This document shows positions 48,712-62,659 of a stretch of DNA of 64,000 nt, in pieces. Numbering within the stretch: the stretch's first letter is position 1; every line of letters starts with the position of its first letter. The notes below the pieces were generated by a model, which saw only the letters and a program-made list of their open reading frames with translations, did no database searches and was not told where the DNA came from. Source of the DNA: Octopus sinensis. Its lineage: Eukaryota. The stretch covers positions 142,476,001-142,540,000 of the forward strand of contig NC_042998.1 in assembly GCF_006345805.1 (NCBI RefSeq). The letters are read 5' to 3'. A program made the translations under genes and the position numbers.

Positions 48712-50479
48712 AGTATTTTAAAAGTCCATGAAAAACTGATTCAGATGTTATTATTGCAGGAAACAGCTAAATTTCTTTCTCCAATGTTTTACATAGTTCA
48801 ACTTATACAAGCTAATGTGTGAATGACAAAATAGGAATTTTGAAAGAAGTGCTTATAAAACTAGCTTTTAAACATCAAATGGCTATGGAGGTCCACCAGA
48901 ATAAAATAATAATCAAAGGGGTCCATAAGTGAAAAAAGGTTGAGAACCACTACCCTATATCATCTCGAGAAAGTTCCAAGGCGAAATATAAGGTATTATT
49001 TTCAAGTATCTTCCCTTGACAACCCTTCTATTTACTGATTATATCAAACTACATTTACTTATTCTTCGTGTTAGAAGGAATGTCCTGAACCTATAAACTC
49101 TTCTCTGGTTTGGGATATCGCATTATTTATCTTTCAAATTTGTGGATGATGGGATAAGATTGCCACTGCTTCTTGGGCGCTAAGCTGCATTATTGTATTC
49201 TTACTTTGGAATGTAACAGCTCTGACGAATTTTAAGAATAATTTACAGTGAACGCAACGATTTGTACACAAGTTCTAGTTTTCATGTGTGTTATGCTATA
49301 AATCTCTATGGATATCACTACTTCAAGAAACATGTTTTTAACAACAGCAGGGCTATGAGTTGTCTGCATTACCACTTGTTCAGCATATTCTTTTAAAGTT
49401 TCCTTTCTGAACATTTACATTGACTGAAGGGGTAGACTTCCATGAGCAGAAATGATAAAAGACCTGTCCTAATTGAAAGCTAAAAGCAAAGTACACAAAA
49501 TAATTATTATAGAGATTTTCTGTTGGCAGCCATACAGAAGAAAAGCTCCAGAGCTTTCTGGGTAATTTTGCATGTGTTATCATGAATTCAGTTTGACAAT
49601 AAATCTGTAGAGGACAAATATTGTTTCAAAGTGCGGAGTTTCCATGTTCCATCGCTATAAACGAGTCCAAGCTCAAGGTAGTGCAAGAGTTTACTTTTTA
49701 GTTCAACTCTGACAGGCAACTATTCTCTGGATGTAGAAGTAAACATACTGATAGATCAGGCTGCAGCTTCACCTTGACTTTATTTAAGAAACTGAATCTA
49801 TGGAGACCAGTTAATGGGCAAGTTGTACAAAATGGTAATATATCTGGCATGTGATAATGTGGTAGCCACAGTGGGATAACTAGTGTGTGGCCACCCAGGC
49901 AGCCCCGGTGTTTGATCCTACCCACTACCCTATACAGGCTTATGCAGCAAACCCCAAAATGCTGCTCCCATCACCCCAACTCCTAGATATTCTTCTGAGT
50001 AGTCACTTGTGTATTTATAAGACCAGTGCCTTATTTAGGCGAAAACTAAACAAGCTAGGATCTAGGGCTTCAATATTATTAAAAGATATTTATTTTCAAA
50101 CATGGTGTAAGTGTAATTTTTTTAATAAGGTACCTTATGAATCTAAATCTGACACTAAAAATATAATACAGCATCCACCACTTGTGAGCAAGTGATGGCT
50201 TGGGAATACGTACTACCATACTTTTGGCAATTGCTTTAGCTGCTCAAATAATTGCAAATAGGCATAGACATTTTCTTGGTCCTCTGGCATTTGACCAGGT
50301 GACACATCAAGGAATGGCAACTGGAAGGAAGAAGGGATGGAGCAGTAACTAGTTGGTACTCATTACAGCTGAGTAATTACCTAACTCCAACATTAGGCAA
50401 TCACCTTTACAAATCTGGCACTGAGTATAATTAATGTAGCTTTATGTGTATGTGTGTGTGTATATATATATATACACAC

Positions 50480-51910
50480 ACACACGTAAATTCCAGATAT
50501 GGAAACAAAACCTAGAAATAAAGTGCCTTACACTTAACCTAGCAAAGACCAAACTTGTTCTTAGTAAGAAAGAAGATAAAACTCTCTTTCAGTCAGGTTA
50601 GTGGCCCTGCTCAATAAGTAGGAAAGAAGTTGGAAGAAATTCCATTTTCTGTACCCAGTGTAAACTTTGGACACACAAGAAGTGCAGTGGAATCATAAGT
50701 AGATTAACAGATAAAGTCATCTTTGTATGTGGCAGGTGTGCAGGAATAATAAGCACTAAGAGCGTACAGGACTTAGATTCTCTCAAATGTCCAGGAGGCT
50801 CTCAGGGGTAGTAGATGGTTTCTGTTACCTATGTGACCAAATTAGCAATGGTGGAAAATGTTCTGAAAATATTGTTTCTAGAATAAGAATTGGGTGGAGG
50901 AAGTTCAGAGAGCTAATAGCTATTAGCTGAGGACTCTCTCAGAGCGAAAGGTAGATTATATGATGCTTGTGTGTGAACAGCTATACTCCATGATAATAAG
51001 ACATGCGCTCTGAATACAAAAGACATGCATAGATGGAGAGAAATGAAGGTGGTATGCTCTGTTAGATGTGCAACATATACGACAAAGAGTAAATGTTTTG
51101 AAAGAAAAGTTGAACATAAGAGGAATCAAATGTAGCATGCAAGAGAGAAGACTATGTTGGTTTGGACATGTGATGCGTATGAATAAGGACAGCTGCATAA
51201 AGTAGATGGTACTGCGGAAGAAGGAGACTCATGGGATGAAGCATCAGATATGGTGTGCAAGAGAGATGACTGCGCTGGTATGGCCATGTGTTGCGTATAA
51301 ATGAGGACAGCTGTGTGAAGAAGTGTCACAACCTAAATGTGGAGGGAACCTATGGAAGAGGTAGACCCAGGAAGACCTGGGATGAGGTGATGAAGCACGA
51401 CCTTTGAACATTGGCCCTCACAGAAGCAATGACAAGCAACTGTGACCTTTGGAGATATGCTGTGCTTGAGAAGACCTGGTAAGCCAAGTGAGATCATAGC
51501 TATGGCTAATGCCAGTATCACATAACCGGCCCATTTAAAAGTATCCTTGAATCATTGGGCAATATGCTGTGCTTGAGAAGACCGGTTGAGTTAAGTGAAA
51601 CCGTTGTTGTAGCCAATGCCAGTGCTGCCTGACTGGCATATAAAAGGCAGCATCCGAGTGTGGCCAGTGCCAGTGTCACATAAGAGACACCATTTGAGCA
51701 TGGTCACTGCCAGTGCCACCTGACATTCCCCTGTGCCAGTGACATGTAAAAAGCACCCACTGCACTCTCGGAGTGGTAGGCGTTAGGAAGGGCATTCAGC
51801 TGTAGAAACCTTGCTGGAACAGATTGCATCCTCCTGGCTTGCCAGTCTTCAGTCAAACCATTCAACCCATGCTAGCATGGAAAGCGGACATTAAACAATG
51901 ATGATGATGA
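50480..51910 (+). mobile_element. 5'-truncated RTE-type LINE (3' portion plus tail)
   Basis: RIGWRKFREL...KGRLYDACV and RRLCWFGHVMRM-like segments, followed by the (GAT)n-ending tail. Confidence 0.75.
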
Positions 51911-52129
51911 TATATATATATATATATAGACAGACAAGCAAACAGACAAATTAAGAAAGAAAAGAATAAAAAGAGAGCAAGATTCATTATTAGTTCTCTT
52001 TACTTTTACCAGTTTTTAATCAATTTATTAATTGATCTTTCTGTATTTCACACGGACTTTTAATTAAAGAACACGTGCTATTGGGTCAAAACATTTTAAT
52101 TATTTCATCATGGAAAAATTACTTCAGCA

Positions 52130-52540
52130 ATTGCTATACATTTGATGATAATCATCATCTTCATTGTCATCCACCACCACCACCACTACTATCATTATCA
52201 GCCATCATCATTATTATCATCATTTCCATCATCATCATCAACATTCTCATCATTATAATGACCACCACTACCTCCAACTGCTACCACCACCATCATCATC
52301 ATTAACTCACCAACACCAGCACACTGCCACCACCACTGTCACCATCACCATGACCACTACAACAACCACCATCACTATTATCCACCACTACCACCATCAC
52401 TACAACTACCACCACTTCTGTCACCACCACCACTGCTGCTGCCACCACCACTGTTGCTGCCACCACCACAACTGCTGCCACCGCCGCCATCACCTCCACT
52501 GCCACCATAATTATTATCATCACAACCATCATTGCCACCC
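52130..52540. repeat. Degenerate (CAC/CAT/TAC)n trinucleotide tract
   Basis: Directly visible; it explains the His/Thr-rich ORFs in the track. Confidence 0.95.
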
Positions 52541-55500
52541 TCAAATGTATCAAACTCTTGTTTTCCCAGAAGTAGGGTGTGTGTCAAATGGGAGTTTCAT
52601 TATGACAAATGACCACTTATTTCTATTATGCACCATTTCAAGAGGTTCAATTTTATGAGATCTGACGACACTATTTCCTCTCTTACGTCTTTTTCTAGTG
52701 TTTATGGGAGTGGTGAGGAGGAAGATAAGCTTCTGTGCAAGTTTTTAAAATTCCTAATTTAATAATTGTTCATTTCTTTGTTTTTTTTATATGATCTTCT
52801 CACAAACAAGCCTTGAGGCCACAGTTGTGTAAGGGATTACAAAGAAGAAAAAGAAAAGACCCACATTTCATCATTACTTCTCTGCATCATAATCTGAAAT
52901 GTAAGATCTTTTCTGCCCTTATGATAGAGGCTTGATTTATCCATTGTTGATTGCTTCCATCATGGCTTGCATATTGTGATGAACTACATCTATCAATGTT
53001 ATATTGGATGTCTGAGCACCCAGAAACAGCTGTTGGACTTATAACATCTTACTTTCTCCCCTTTAATTTTCTCTGTCATTTCTATTCTGTGTAAGTCTGA
53101 ACTGTTACTATAAATATCTATATAAGAAGAATTGGTTGCTGTGTGCAAAAGAGAAAACTGTGCTGGTTTGGCCATGTGATGCAGATGGATGCTGACAGCA
53201 CCATAAAAATGTGCTGATCTCTCAAAGTGGATGGAACATGTGGAAGTGGGAGACCCAGAAAGGCATAAAATGAAATACTGAAGAATGACCTCAAGATGCT
53301 GAACCTTTCAGGTGAGATGACAAAAGGCCAAGATGCCCAGTGCCTTGTCAATCTCAAGAAGACCTGTACTCTGCAGCAGGAGTGTTAAGACCAATCCTCC
53401 TGGTGGTGTAAAGCATTCATGGCAGTGCCACGTAAAAGTGACCGTGCAGTGCCATGTAAAAGTGCCTGTGCAGTGCCATATAAAAGTGCCCAAGTGATGC
53501 TATGTAAAAGTGCCTGTATGGGGCCGGGTAAAAGCACCCAGCACACTCTGTAAAGTGGCTGGCATTTGGAAGGGCATCGTACCATAGAACCATACCAAAT
53601 CAGGTCAGAGTTTGATTCAGCTCCACATATTGCCAGCTCTGGCACCTGTGAATCGTTGTGATCAATGCCGATGCCATGTAAGTGACACCTGTGCATCATA
53701 GTCATGCTCATCGATGGTGCCATGTAAATTAGCACCTTGGAAATCATGGTCATTGACACCCAAGATACATTCCTAGTGCCCCCACCTTAACTAACCATCA
53801 CAAACATAAACCGCTTTCTGAAGTAAATTCAAAGCAATGAACCCATTATTATGTTGTTTTTACATGAATTGCTACCCCATTATCGCCCCACTTTTCCTCA
53901 ATGCCCCCTTGGAACTTTCCACCACCCCCAGGGGGAGCAATACTGTCCACTTTGGGAACCACTGCTTTACACAGTCTTGTCTTGTGAGTGACTTCACTTG
54001 TGCTTGTGCCACATAAAAAACATCCGATGCATTCTGTAGAATGGTTGGCGTTAGGAAAGGCATCCAGTTGTAGAAACCATACCAGAGTAGACACTGGTTT
54101 CTTGGTGCAGCAATCAAGCTTATTGATTCTTATTAAATTGTCCAATCCATACCATGGGGTTATATGATGATATATATATGTTTGTGTGTGTGTGTAGTGA
54201 ACACTTATAGAATAGCTAAGCTAAGATTTTGAAAGCGAATCTACATATTACCACATTGTCAAATAAGTTCTCGGCCCATTGTCTTAGCCCTTCTGAGAGA
54301 TCAAGAAGAATGAACTGTCTCTTTTTATTTTGAGGCGTTCATCGGTCAAAGCAGACATGGAAGTAGAACACTATTTTCGGTTGACCTAATTATACTAGCA
54401 AGATTATATTTATGCCAGCAAATATCAATCAATCTCTGTTGCTAATTCCGTTCCTACCAATAAGCATGGCTATTTTCCTCACCTCAAGCATGTCCTTTCA
54501 TTAGCATGAGAACGAAACTGTTACTCTATTTGCATATATTCTTTTTATTCTGTCTTTCTCTCTTTATCGTTTACAGAGATGAAATTACTATCATACAGAA
54601 TGCACTGGAAATCTACAAACTGTGTACATGCAAACAACTCGACGAAGTTGTATATTTCTTATAGATTGTAACGATTAATATTATAATCAACTTAATAAAT
54701 GGCTATATCAATAATCAAGCAAACATTGTTCTTGATTTCTCTTATGTATCTTCATTAAAACTTCGTAGTTACACACACACACTCGCGCACGCATACACAC
54801 ACACACACACACACACATTTCTGGGATATAATATTTGTACATGAGTCTATTGCTTATGTTTATTGATTTATTTATGTGTATGCGTGTATATATATATGCT
54901 TGTATGTATTTAAGGACACGAAAGGATATATAAGCATATTGTATATACCCATAATGGCAATGGTACAATAAGCTCATTATTATTATACACACACATTTGT
55001 ATGTTGTACGTATGCATGTATAAATGCATATATGTATGTATGTATGTATGTATGTGTGTTTGTCTATTTGTCCGCCTGTCTGTGCGTCAGTCTGTCTGTA
55101 TGTACGCGCGTTGCATGCGTGGGAAGAGAAGTGGGGGCCTAAGCGTGTGCACGCTTGTGTACACAAAAACAGTATTCTTCTGCAAATCGGGGCAAAACAA
55201 AGATGTAAAAAAATTCATAACAAAAAATAATAAAAGCCAACAGTATCCCCTCCCTTCAAAAACAAAAAAAAAAGAAAACCTAAAAGAAACGAATAACAAA
55301 ACAAAAATTCAATGCGATGAAAGGTAAGGGAAACAAATCCTGAAGCCGGGTGTTTTGTTGTCATTCATGAGGAGAAAGAGACAAGGATTGTTTCAACACC
55401 TGGTCCTAGTGAACAAAGGGTCGCGCCAATTGCAGCATTTTGTTTTTAGTTCATTCCGCTTTCTCTTTCCCATCTCCTTCTCTTCTCTGTCTGTATCTCT

Positions 55501-55594
55501 CTCTCTCTCACAAGTAAAATACCTCTTTTAAGTATCCACTCTTTTCTGTCTTACTGACTGTGTGAGTATATGTATATATATATATGTACGTATG

Positions 55595-55651
<57 letters not shown>

Positions 55652-55684
55652 ATGTATATGTGTGTATGTATGTATGTATGTATG

Positions 55685-55725
<41 letters not shown>

Positions 55726-55735
55726 GTATGTGTAA

Positions 55736-55767
<32 letters not shown>

Positions 55768-55979
55768 GTATGTGTAAATATATATATCTATGCATACGTA
55801 TATGTATGTGATAAACGCTATGCACCAAAATCTCGGCGTTTGGTTCACTCTTTGTAAATTTAGTTGGAAATAAAATAATTAAAAAATCTGACCCAAACTG
55901 AAGAGATCTTTTTATACATACATATATGCATGCATATAAATACACACACACTCATACATAGATATATACATACAGCTAC

Positions 55980-56550
55980 TCCTCAACAAAGCTGCCCTTA
56001 AGGAAGTCAAGCAACATCGCCGTAATCTCTTAACAATATAGCTACACTACAAGAAGGCGTTCGACTCTGTGCTTCACTTATGGATGATAGAATCATTACA
56101 CCTTGCCAAAAGGCCAGCTGCTTTTGTGAAAGCCATTGAAAGACAGACCATAACGCGGTCCACACAGTTATCACTGACAACTACTAAAGTAAACAGAATT
56201 AAGCTATCAACAGGCATATTCCAGGTCGACAGTTTATCTGTAATGTTGTTTGTACTGGCAGGGAATCCTTTGTCAGCCCTGTTAGCAAAATGCTACGGTT
56301 ACATGCTGAGATTTGCAGAAAAGAATAAAATAAATGTCGCCCACACATTTTTTATTTATGACCTGAAATTATATTCTGGTAAAATAATGAACATCAAGAG
56401 ACAGAACTAGTCACAACATTCTCACGAAATATAAGAATGGAGTTTGGGCAAGATAAATATTCATGCATGAACCGAGAAAAGAGTGTCGTACATCAACGGC
56501 TTGTCTATCTCCCCTGTCTCTAATGATGAAAGCTACAAGTACCACGGAAT
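55980..56550 (+). mobile_element. Non-LTR retrotransposon RT fragment (R4/Dong-like)
   Basis: YKKAFDSV.H.W, TGIFQVDSLS.MLFVL and HTFFIYDLKLY, a decayed GIFQGDSLSP / HLxxMDDLKL. Confidence 0.7.
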
Positions 56551-56559
56551 CGCTGAGTA

Positions 56560-57217
56560 CCGTTAATCCTCGAGTATAATCCGCATTTTCCCCAAAATTT
56601 AAAGGTCAAAATCCCTAGCGCGTACTATATACGAGGTTAAAAATAAATTATTTTCTAAGCAATGTCCGAGTCTCGGATCTTTTCAAATTTGTGGCCAGGA
56701 CCCCAGATCTTTCTAGTTAACTAAATAATTTGAAACTTTGTGTACTCATAGAGTGGAACTAGTTTATTCGCCAGTTGGAACTAGTTTATTTGAGAAAAAT
56801 CTATTTTATGACTTTAATCGTAGATTAAAACTGCGAATTTTAACCAATGAGATTGCTTGTTTTCATATCTAAAACGTTACTGCGATCTGTTAGTGTGACG
56901 TTGAAAGCAGTTTTGTGACGTAGTTGAAGACGGCTTATAAGCACGTCTGCTATTTCTAAAAAGCTTTGTGTGTGGTAAAGTAATTTTTTTACTTTACCAT
57001 ATTTTTATAAATTATATCGGAGAATCCATATTTTTATAACATATATCGGAGAATCCATGTGATTTTTCGTTGTTTTTCTCTTATACGTATGTGAATTATT
57101 TCTGAGTATGCATTGTCTGGGAGACTTTTTCTTGCAGTTGAGAAATTTTTGGCTGCTATTTCTAAAAAGCTCGGTGTGTGGTTAAGTAATTTTTTTACTT
57201 TACCATATTTTTATAAA

Positions 57218-57256
<39 letters not shown>

Positions 57257-58267
57257 TTACTCGGTGTATGTGTATATGTATGTCTGCATGTGTGTGTGTA
57301 TGTATGTGTGTGTGTGTGTGTAAGTATGTGTAAAAAATTACATTGAATTGGCCATACATACATACATACATACACATACACAGATACATACACACATACA
57401 TTCAGGCATATACACATACACCGAGTAAAAAATTTCAGTTATCTCTCTCTTTCACACATTACTCTCTCTGTCTCCTCACACACACTAACAGAAGCACTTC
57501 ACTTACACAACATACTGTCTCCCACACCCCATCAAACACACACACACACATGTACATCAATGCTTCCCCTAGACGGTAACTTCAAAGACAAACTTTTGTT
57601 ATTAGAAGGTGGCTGACTATAGCTTGTTTACATTTAAGATGTTTAACACGTCACGAAATTGGTGGTCGAGACAGAGTAAATAAAATAAAGTCGAATGACG
57701 GAATATCATTGGTTAAAATTCTAATTATTAAACAACGTTAAACTTAGAAGTTACAATTCCGTTTTCATTCTGGTTTACAATTAAGTTTACTTTTGACACA
57801 TTCTACCAGTATACGAAGTTTCAAATTGTTTGGTTCAGTAGGAAAAATTTGAAAAAACTGGCTTCAGAATAGAAAAGATCCCGAGTCTCTATTTGCTGTC
57901 CAGCAATGTTTATTCAGACGCGTTTTGTGATGTCGGGCGCGAAAATACCTTAAGCTAAACCAGAAAGCAATGAAGTCATAAAAGAATCATCCATAACATG
58001 CAGTAAGCAACATTTATTAAACGTTATTACTGTTTTTATTTTCTGCAAACAAAATGCACAAAAAAGCTACACGTTTGTATCATGTTATATATACATATAT
58101 ACAATAATAATAAAGGACGTTACCGTATACAGTTTTACAAACCAAGGACGTTATATAGACCTCCTTGACTCAAGTTAGAGAAGGGTGGGTATTATACACA
58201 AGGTTTAAGTTTTTCAGAGGTACAGTCCCCTAAAAATCCCCTGCGGTCTCTACTCGAGGATTTACGG
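56560..58267. mobile_element. pogo/Tigger-like MITE split by a nested insertion
   Basis: TA|CCGTTAATCCTCGAG ... CTCGAGGATTTACGG|TA. A related copy lies at about 32570..32969. Confidence 0.75.
56675..57881. mobile_element. GGATCTTTTC-family element, 1207 bp
   Basis: GGATCTTTTC...GAAAAGATCC with 8-bp TSD CGAGTCTC. Another partial member begins at 58521. Confidence 0.85.
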
Positions 58268-59163
58268 TATGTTGCATGCATTGGTGCAGCGGCTAGAACC
58301 AGCATAACAAAAAGTATTTCTGTAGACTCCGGAAAATATGGAACTCAGAGCTGTATGCATTTAAGAAGACCATGTCTTACAATGCTTTTGCAGTATCAGT
58401 GCTAGTATCAACGTTTGGGATATTGGACTGTATGACCGTTGCTTATTATTATTTTTAAGAAAACAGAGAATAATCCAGCAAAAATTAAACTGAGAAAACA
58501 ACAAACGCATACAAAAAAACGGATCTTTTCGCTTTGACCGACAGATTTTTAAAATAATTTCTTTGTAACTAAACACTTTTAAACTTCGTATACTGGTAGA
58601 ATGTGTTTATAAAACATCTTTTTCTCTTGGCTTTCTTGAGAAAATTCTGTAGTTTGTAAGCTATTTGTTGTTTAATTTCTTGCTTCAACCAATCAATGAC
58701 GTCTATTGAGGTGAATACGATTTCTCCGATCAAAGAGAAAGGGGCATTATAAAAATATGCATGTGTGTTAATTGCTCGTCTTCATAGAATGAATGCGGCA
58801 TTAAAGTTGACCGTAATTGGGTTGTGGGGTCACGAACGTGATATCATGAAAGCAAATAGAAGCTTGCAGGATAGAAATTATAATTAACGGAACGAAATAA
58901 AAAGTAAAGAAAAGAAATGAATAAGGAATGAGAACAGAAGGAGTGTTCTTTGCTTGTTTGTAATATGAAAGAAAAAATGAATACATGCTAAGAAAAGTAT
59001 TTTTGAGATTCTATAAGAGTTTATATACATAAGAGTCCGTGAAGAATTGTGGAAAAATACATATCTGAACTTCGGAACTTGTGGCTGTGGAAAACGTTAT
59101 CGCTTGCGGTTTTTTTTTTATATAGTTCTAGTGATGTAGCTATGCGTGTAAAGTAGGTACCGG

Positions 59164-61960
59164 CAGTGGTGTACCAAGAGGCGGTGGGAAAGACGGTCCA
59201 CCCGGGCGGCACAATTTATTTATATTAACATATCATTAATAAAAATGCAATATGAATATTATAGACTTTAATAATGTATGCTAGCTATTCAAATTTCCTT
59301 AAAAATTAAATTTACCATCTGTAAACTTGTACTGTGTATTAATATTGTGTAAGATACAGTATAATATTGTGTGTTACTGGATAAGACAGTCTGTCGATGC
59401 TATTCAGAAAGTTGATTATTTTTTAGGTTGGTCTATACTCTATTTGATTTTATTCATATAAATTTACGATATCACTGATATAATTTGTGATGAAGCGAAT
59501 TAAGGACAGCGGTGCAGCATTTCGAAAAAAAAAACGAGAGAAGAAGAAAGGCGAAATGAAGGTGCCATAATTAAATTTCTCATCAAACCCGACCGTTTAG
59601 ACGAAACTGGTATTACTGTAGAAGGTCTTGGAGATGATGTTGTTAATGAAGTGCAACTTGAAAAGATGATAGAAGATGAAGTCGATGATGCTGATCCACC
59701 ACCAACTACTGAAGAACAAAACTCTAATATTAATTTGAAAGACATTGGGATGTGGCCTGCTAAGTTTAATCCTGCTGACGGTATTCGGGAAATCCTTGTA
59801 CAACAAGGATCGAAGGCTATGCAAAATATTAACTGTGAACGTCCAGGACAAATAACAGAACTGAAAGGGGAGACTAGAAGACTGTCAAGAAACTGTTTTT
59901 TTTTTCGAACTTTACAAAACGGGGGAAAATTTTTGAGAATTTGGATAATATACTCTCCATCGAAAGAAGCCGTGTTTTGTTGTAAGCTATTTTCAAGTGA
60001 AAACTCAAAGTTTTGCTCAGTTGATAGTTTCAAATCTTGGTGGAATTTGAATCCTAAGATACAAGAACATGAATCTAGCCCTGCGCATGAGAATGCGTTC
60101 ATTCAGTGGAAAGAGTTAGAAATTCGCCTTTCCAAAGGCAAGGTAATAGACAAAAAACAACAAACCCTTGTTGAAAATGAAACAAAGAAATGAAAGCAAA
60201 TCCTGACTAGATTCTTGGGCATAATTATGTTTCTTGCTAAGTTTTACGAGGCCATAGAGAAGATATTCGAGTTGAGAAGGCAAATGATTATCCAGTGCTA
60301 CATGAACATTTGGTGAAAGTAAAAATTGTTAAGTTAACAACTTCCTATCTCTCACCAAAAATTCAGAATGAATTTGTGAACGTCCTGGGAGATAAAGTGA
60401 GAAAGAAAGTTATCGATGAAGTTAAACAGAGTAAATACTATTGCGTTATTTTTTTATAATACTCATATATTTTTCATATTGACCAAATTCTCGGGTGCTA
60501 CGTTATGTTAAAATAGATGAAAAGGAAGTAAAAGTAGAAGAATCCTTTCTTCATTTTATTGAGATGAAAGGCGAAAATGCTGAGCAAATTACATCGATGA
60601 TTCTGAAACAATTAAAAATGGACGGCATAAACATTCAAGACTGTCGTGGACAAGCATTTGATAACGCGGCAGTAATGGCAGGTCATCGATCCGGTGTTCA
60701 AGCGCACATCACGGAAGTTAATCCAAAGACTGTATTTGTGCCATGCCCCTATCACTCTCTGAATTTAACTGCTGTGCAAGCACCTTCTGTGGGTGCAGAT
60801 TCAGTTACGGTTTTTGGCACATTTGACCGTTTATTGTCATTCTTCTCTACCTCAACTCATCGATGAGATATCTTGATTGAGATAACTGGTGCAACTGTCA
60901 AACGGGCTGCAGAAACGAGATGGAGTAGTCGAACAGATGCAGTAGAAGTTGTACTTACAAAAATTCACGGAAATCATCGCTGCGCTAGAACGGTTGAAAA
61001 CGTAACTACGCGATCTGATGCAGCTTTAATTCTTCAGGTGATGCTGTCATTTTCTTTCTTGTCATTTTTTGGCCATGGGAGAGATATACTTTCTCAAATT
61101 AATGGCACTCAAAAGTACCTCCAAACGAAAGGTCTGGAGTTGCAACAATGTACCATTAAACTATCAGCCTTGGAAACTTCTCTACTTGTAAGCAGAAGCA
61201 AAACAGTAGATAACGCGTTGGTCTATTCAATCGAAATTTGCTCTATGGGAATCTGCACAGATCGTCGAATTCGCAAAAAGAAAAGAATGAACTACGAAGA
61301 AAGTATCGATGCCGCCGCTCTCAGCTACGACGCTGAGGTAAGAAGAGAAATGTTGTCACTGATAGACTGGTTGAAGAATTAACCTCTAGATTCGAAAGAC
61401 TTCACGATATTGCAAAGAAATACACCTTTCTCACACCGTTTCTTAGATAAAGAGTGTAATTGTGATGTAGATGCTTTTGATGAGAATATTAAGAGAGAAT
61501 ACTTTTTGGTTGAAAGGACAAGGCTGCAAAATTATTTGGTGGTTGCTGACGCTGAAGACATGGAAAGGCCATTGCAAATTCTTCAGTTTATTCAGAAATA
61601 TGCTCTTATTGATTCATTGTCAAATATTGTAAGAGCGCGACCTTGCGAATAAAATTAATTTTGATGAAGTCATTCAAGATTTCGCGAAGAAGAAGACACG
61701 TAAAATCAATTTGTAAATCATTTATTTTTGTAATTCATTCATCTTTTTTTAAACATATTTGTCCTATTATTTTTTGTGTATAAACATTATAAAAGTAAAT
61801 TTGAGAGAAATAAATGGCTGCTACAGTTTGTCTCCTTATTTTGCATACACACATACCTGTATTATTCCATTTTGGGCCTTTTGAAATGTTGATTAGAACT
61901 TTCAAGTGGCAACCAAATAAACATCCGCCCCGGCCGGCACTTGTGATTGATACGCTACTG
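59164..61960 (+). mobile_element. Full-length decayed hAT transposon (ZMYM1/TTF-zinc-finger-like transposase, about 59570..61715)
   Basis: TIRs CAGTGGTGTA / TACGCTACTG with perfect 8-bp TSD GGTACCGG. Motifs W.IYSPSKEAVFC..C, DCRGQAFDNAAVMAG...GVQA, PCPYHSLNL, ETRWSSR. The ORF is broken into several pieces. Confidence 0.92.
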
Positions 61961-62508
61961 GGTACCGGGGAGATGTAGGCTTGCAGAGAAGCAATTTGGT
62001 TGTTCTGCGAGGTACGTCGCAGTCGGCTAAATTTTTTAGTAGATAGAACTGTATTATTACCAGTTGAAAGTTGGAATGCAGAGTTTCAATATATATATAG
62101 AGAGAGAGTTGTCCAAAAGTCACCCGACAGTAAATCAAAATTTATTCATTCCAATTATGAATGTCTAATAATTGAATGCTGTGAGTTAAAAATCGCCGTT
62201 TTTTTCAACGTTTGTCTATTAGCGAAGTCTTATATAAAATGATTTTACGTTTTAATTTTGAAATTAAATGGTTTTGCTTTACTGTCAGGTGACTTTTGGC
62301 CAACCCAGTATATATATATATATATATACAGAGCTTGGCGTAAGTCCATTTATCCGTTAATCATTAATTAACGAATTTAAAATTTTAAGTTAACTTTGAA
62401 AATCATTATCGGACTAATTAACTTCCGTTAACTCAAGCCTGTTAACCCCAAAATTTCATAAAACCGGTAAACGTTTAAAAGATTCCATTGTTTTCAGATT
62501 GTCTTAGC

Positions 62509-62659
62509 ATATTTCGTACCACAGTGTGGGATAATTTTTACCACAGTTTTTTTTTTCGGATGCATTCAATGCATCTGATCTCCAAACCCGCTGGAAGCCA
62601 CTTTTCTTTGTGGAAAAGAAACTGTGGTAAAAATTATTCCACACTGTGATACGAAATAT
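62509..62659. mobile_element. MITE of about 150 bp with 40-bp inverted arms
   Basis: ATATTTCGTACCACAGTGTGGGATAATTTTTACCACAGTTT / AAACTGTGGTAAAAATTATTCCACACTGTGATACGAAATAT. Confidence 0.7.

Noticed and set aside
52075-52658. His/Thr/Cys-rich ORFs resembling metal-binding proteins
   Set aside because: Produced by a degenerate trinucleotide tract; no non-repetitive domain.
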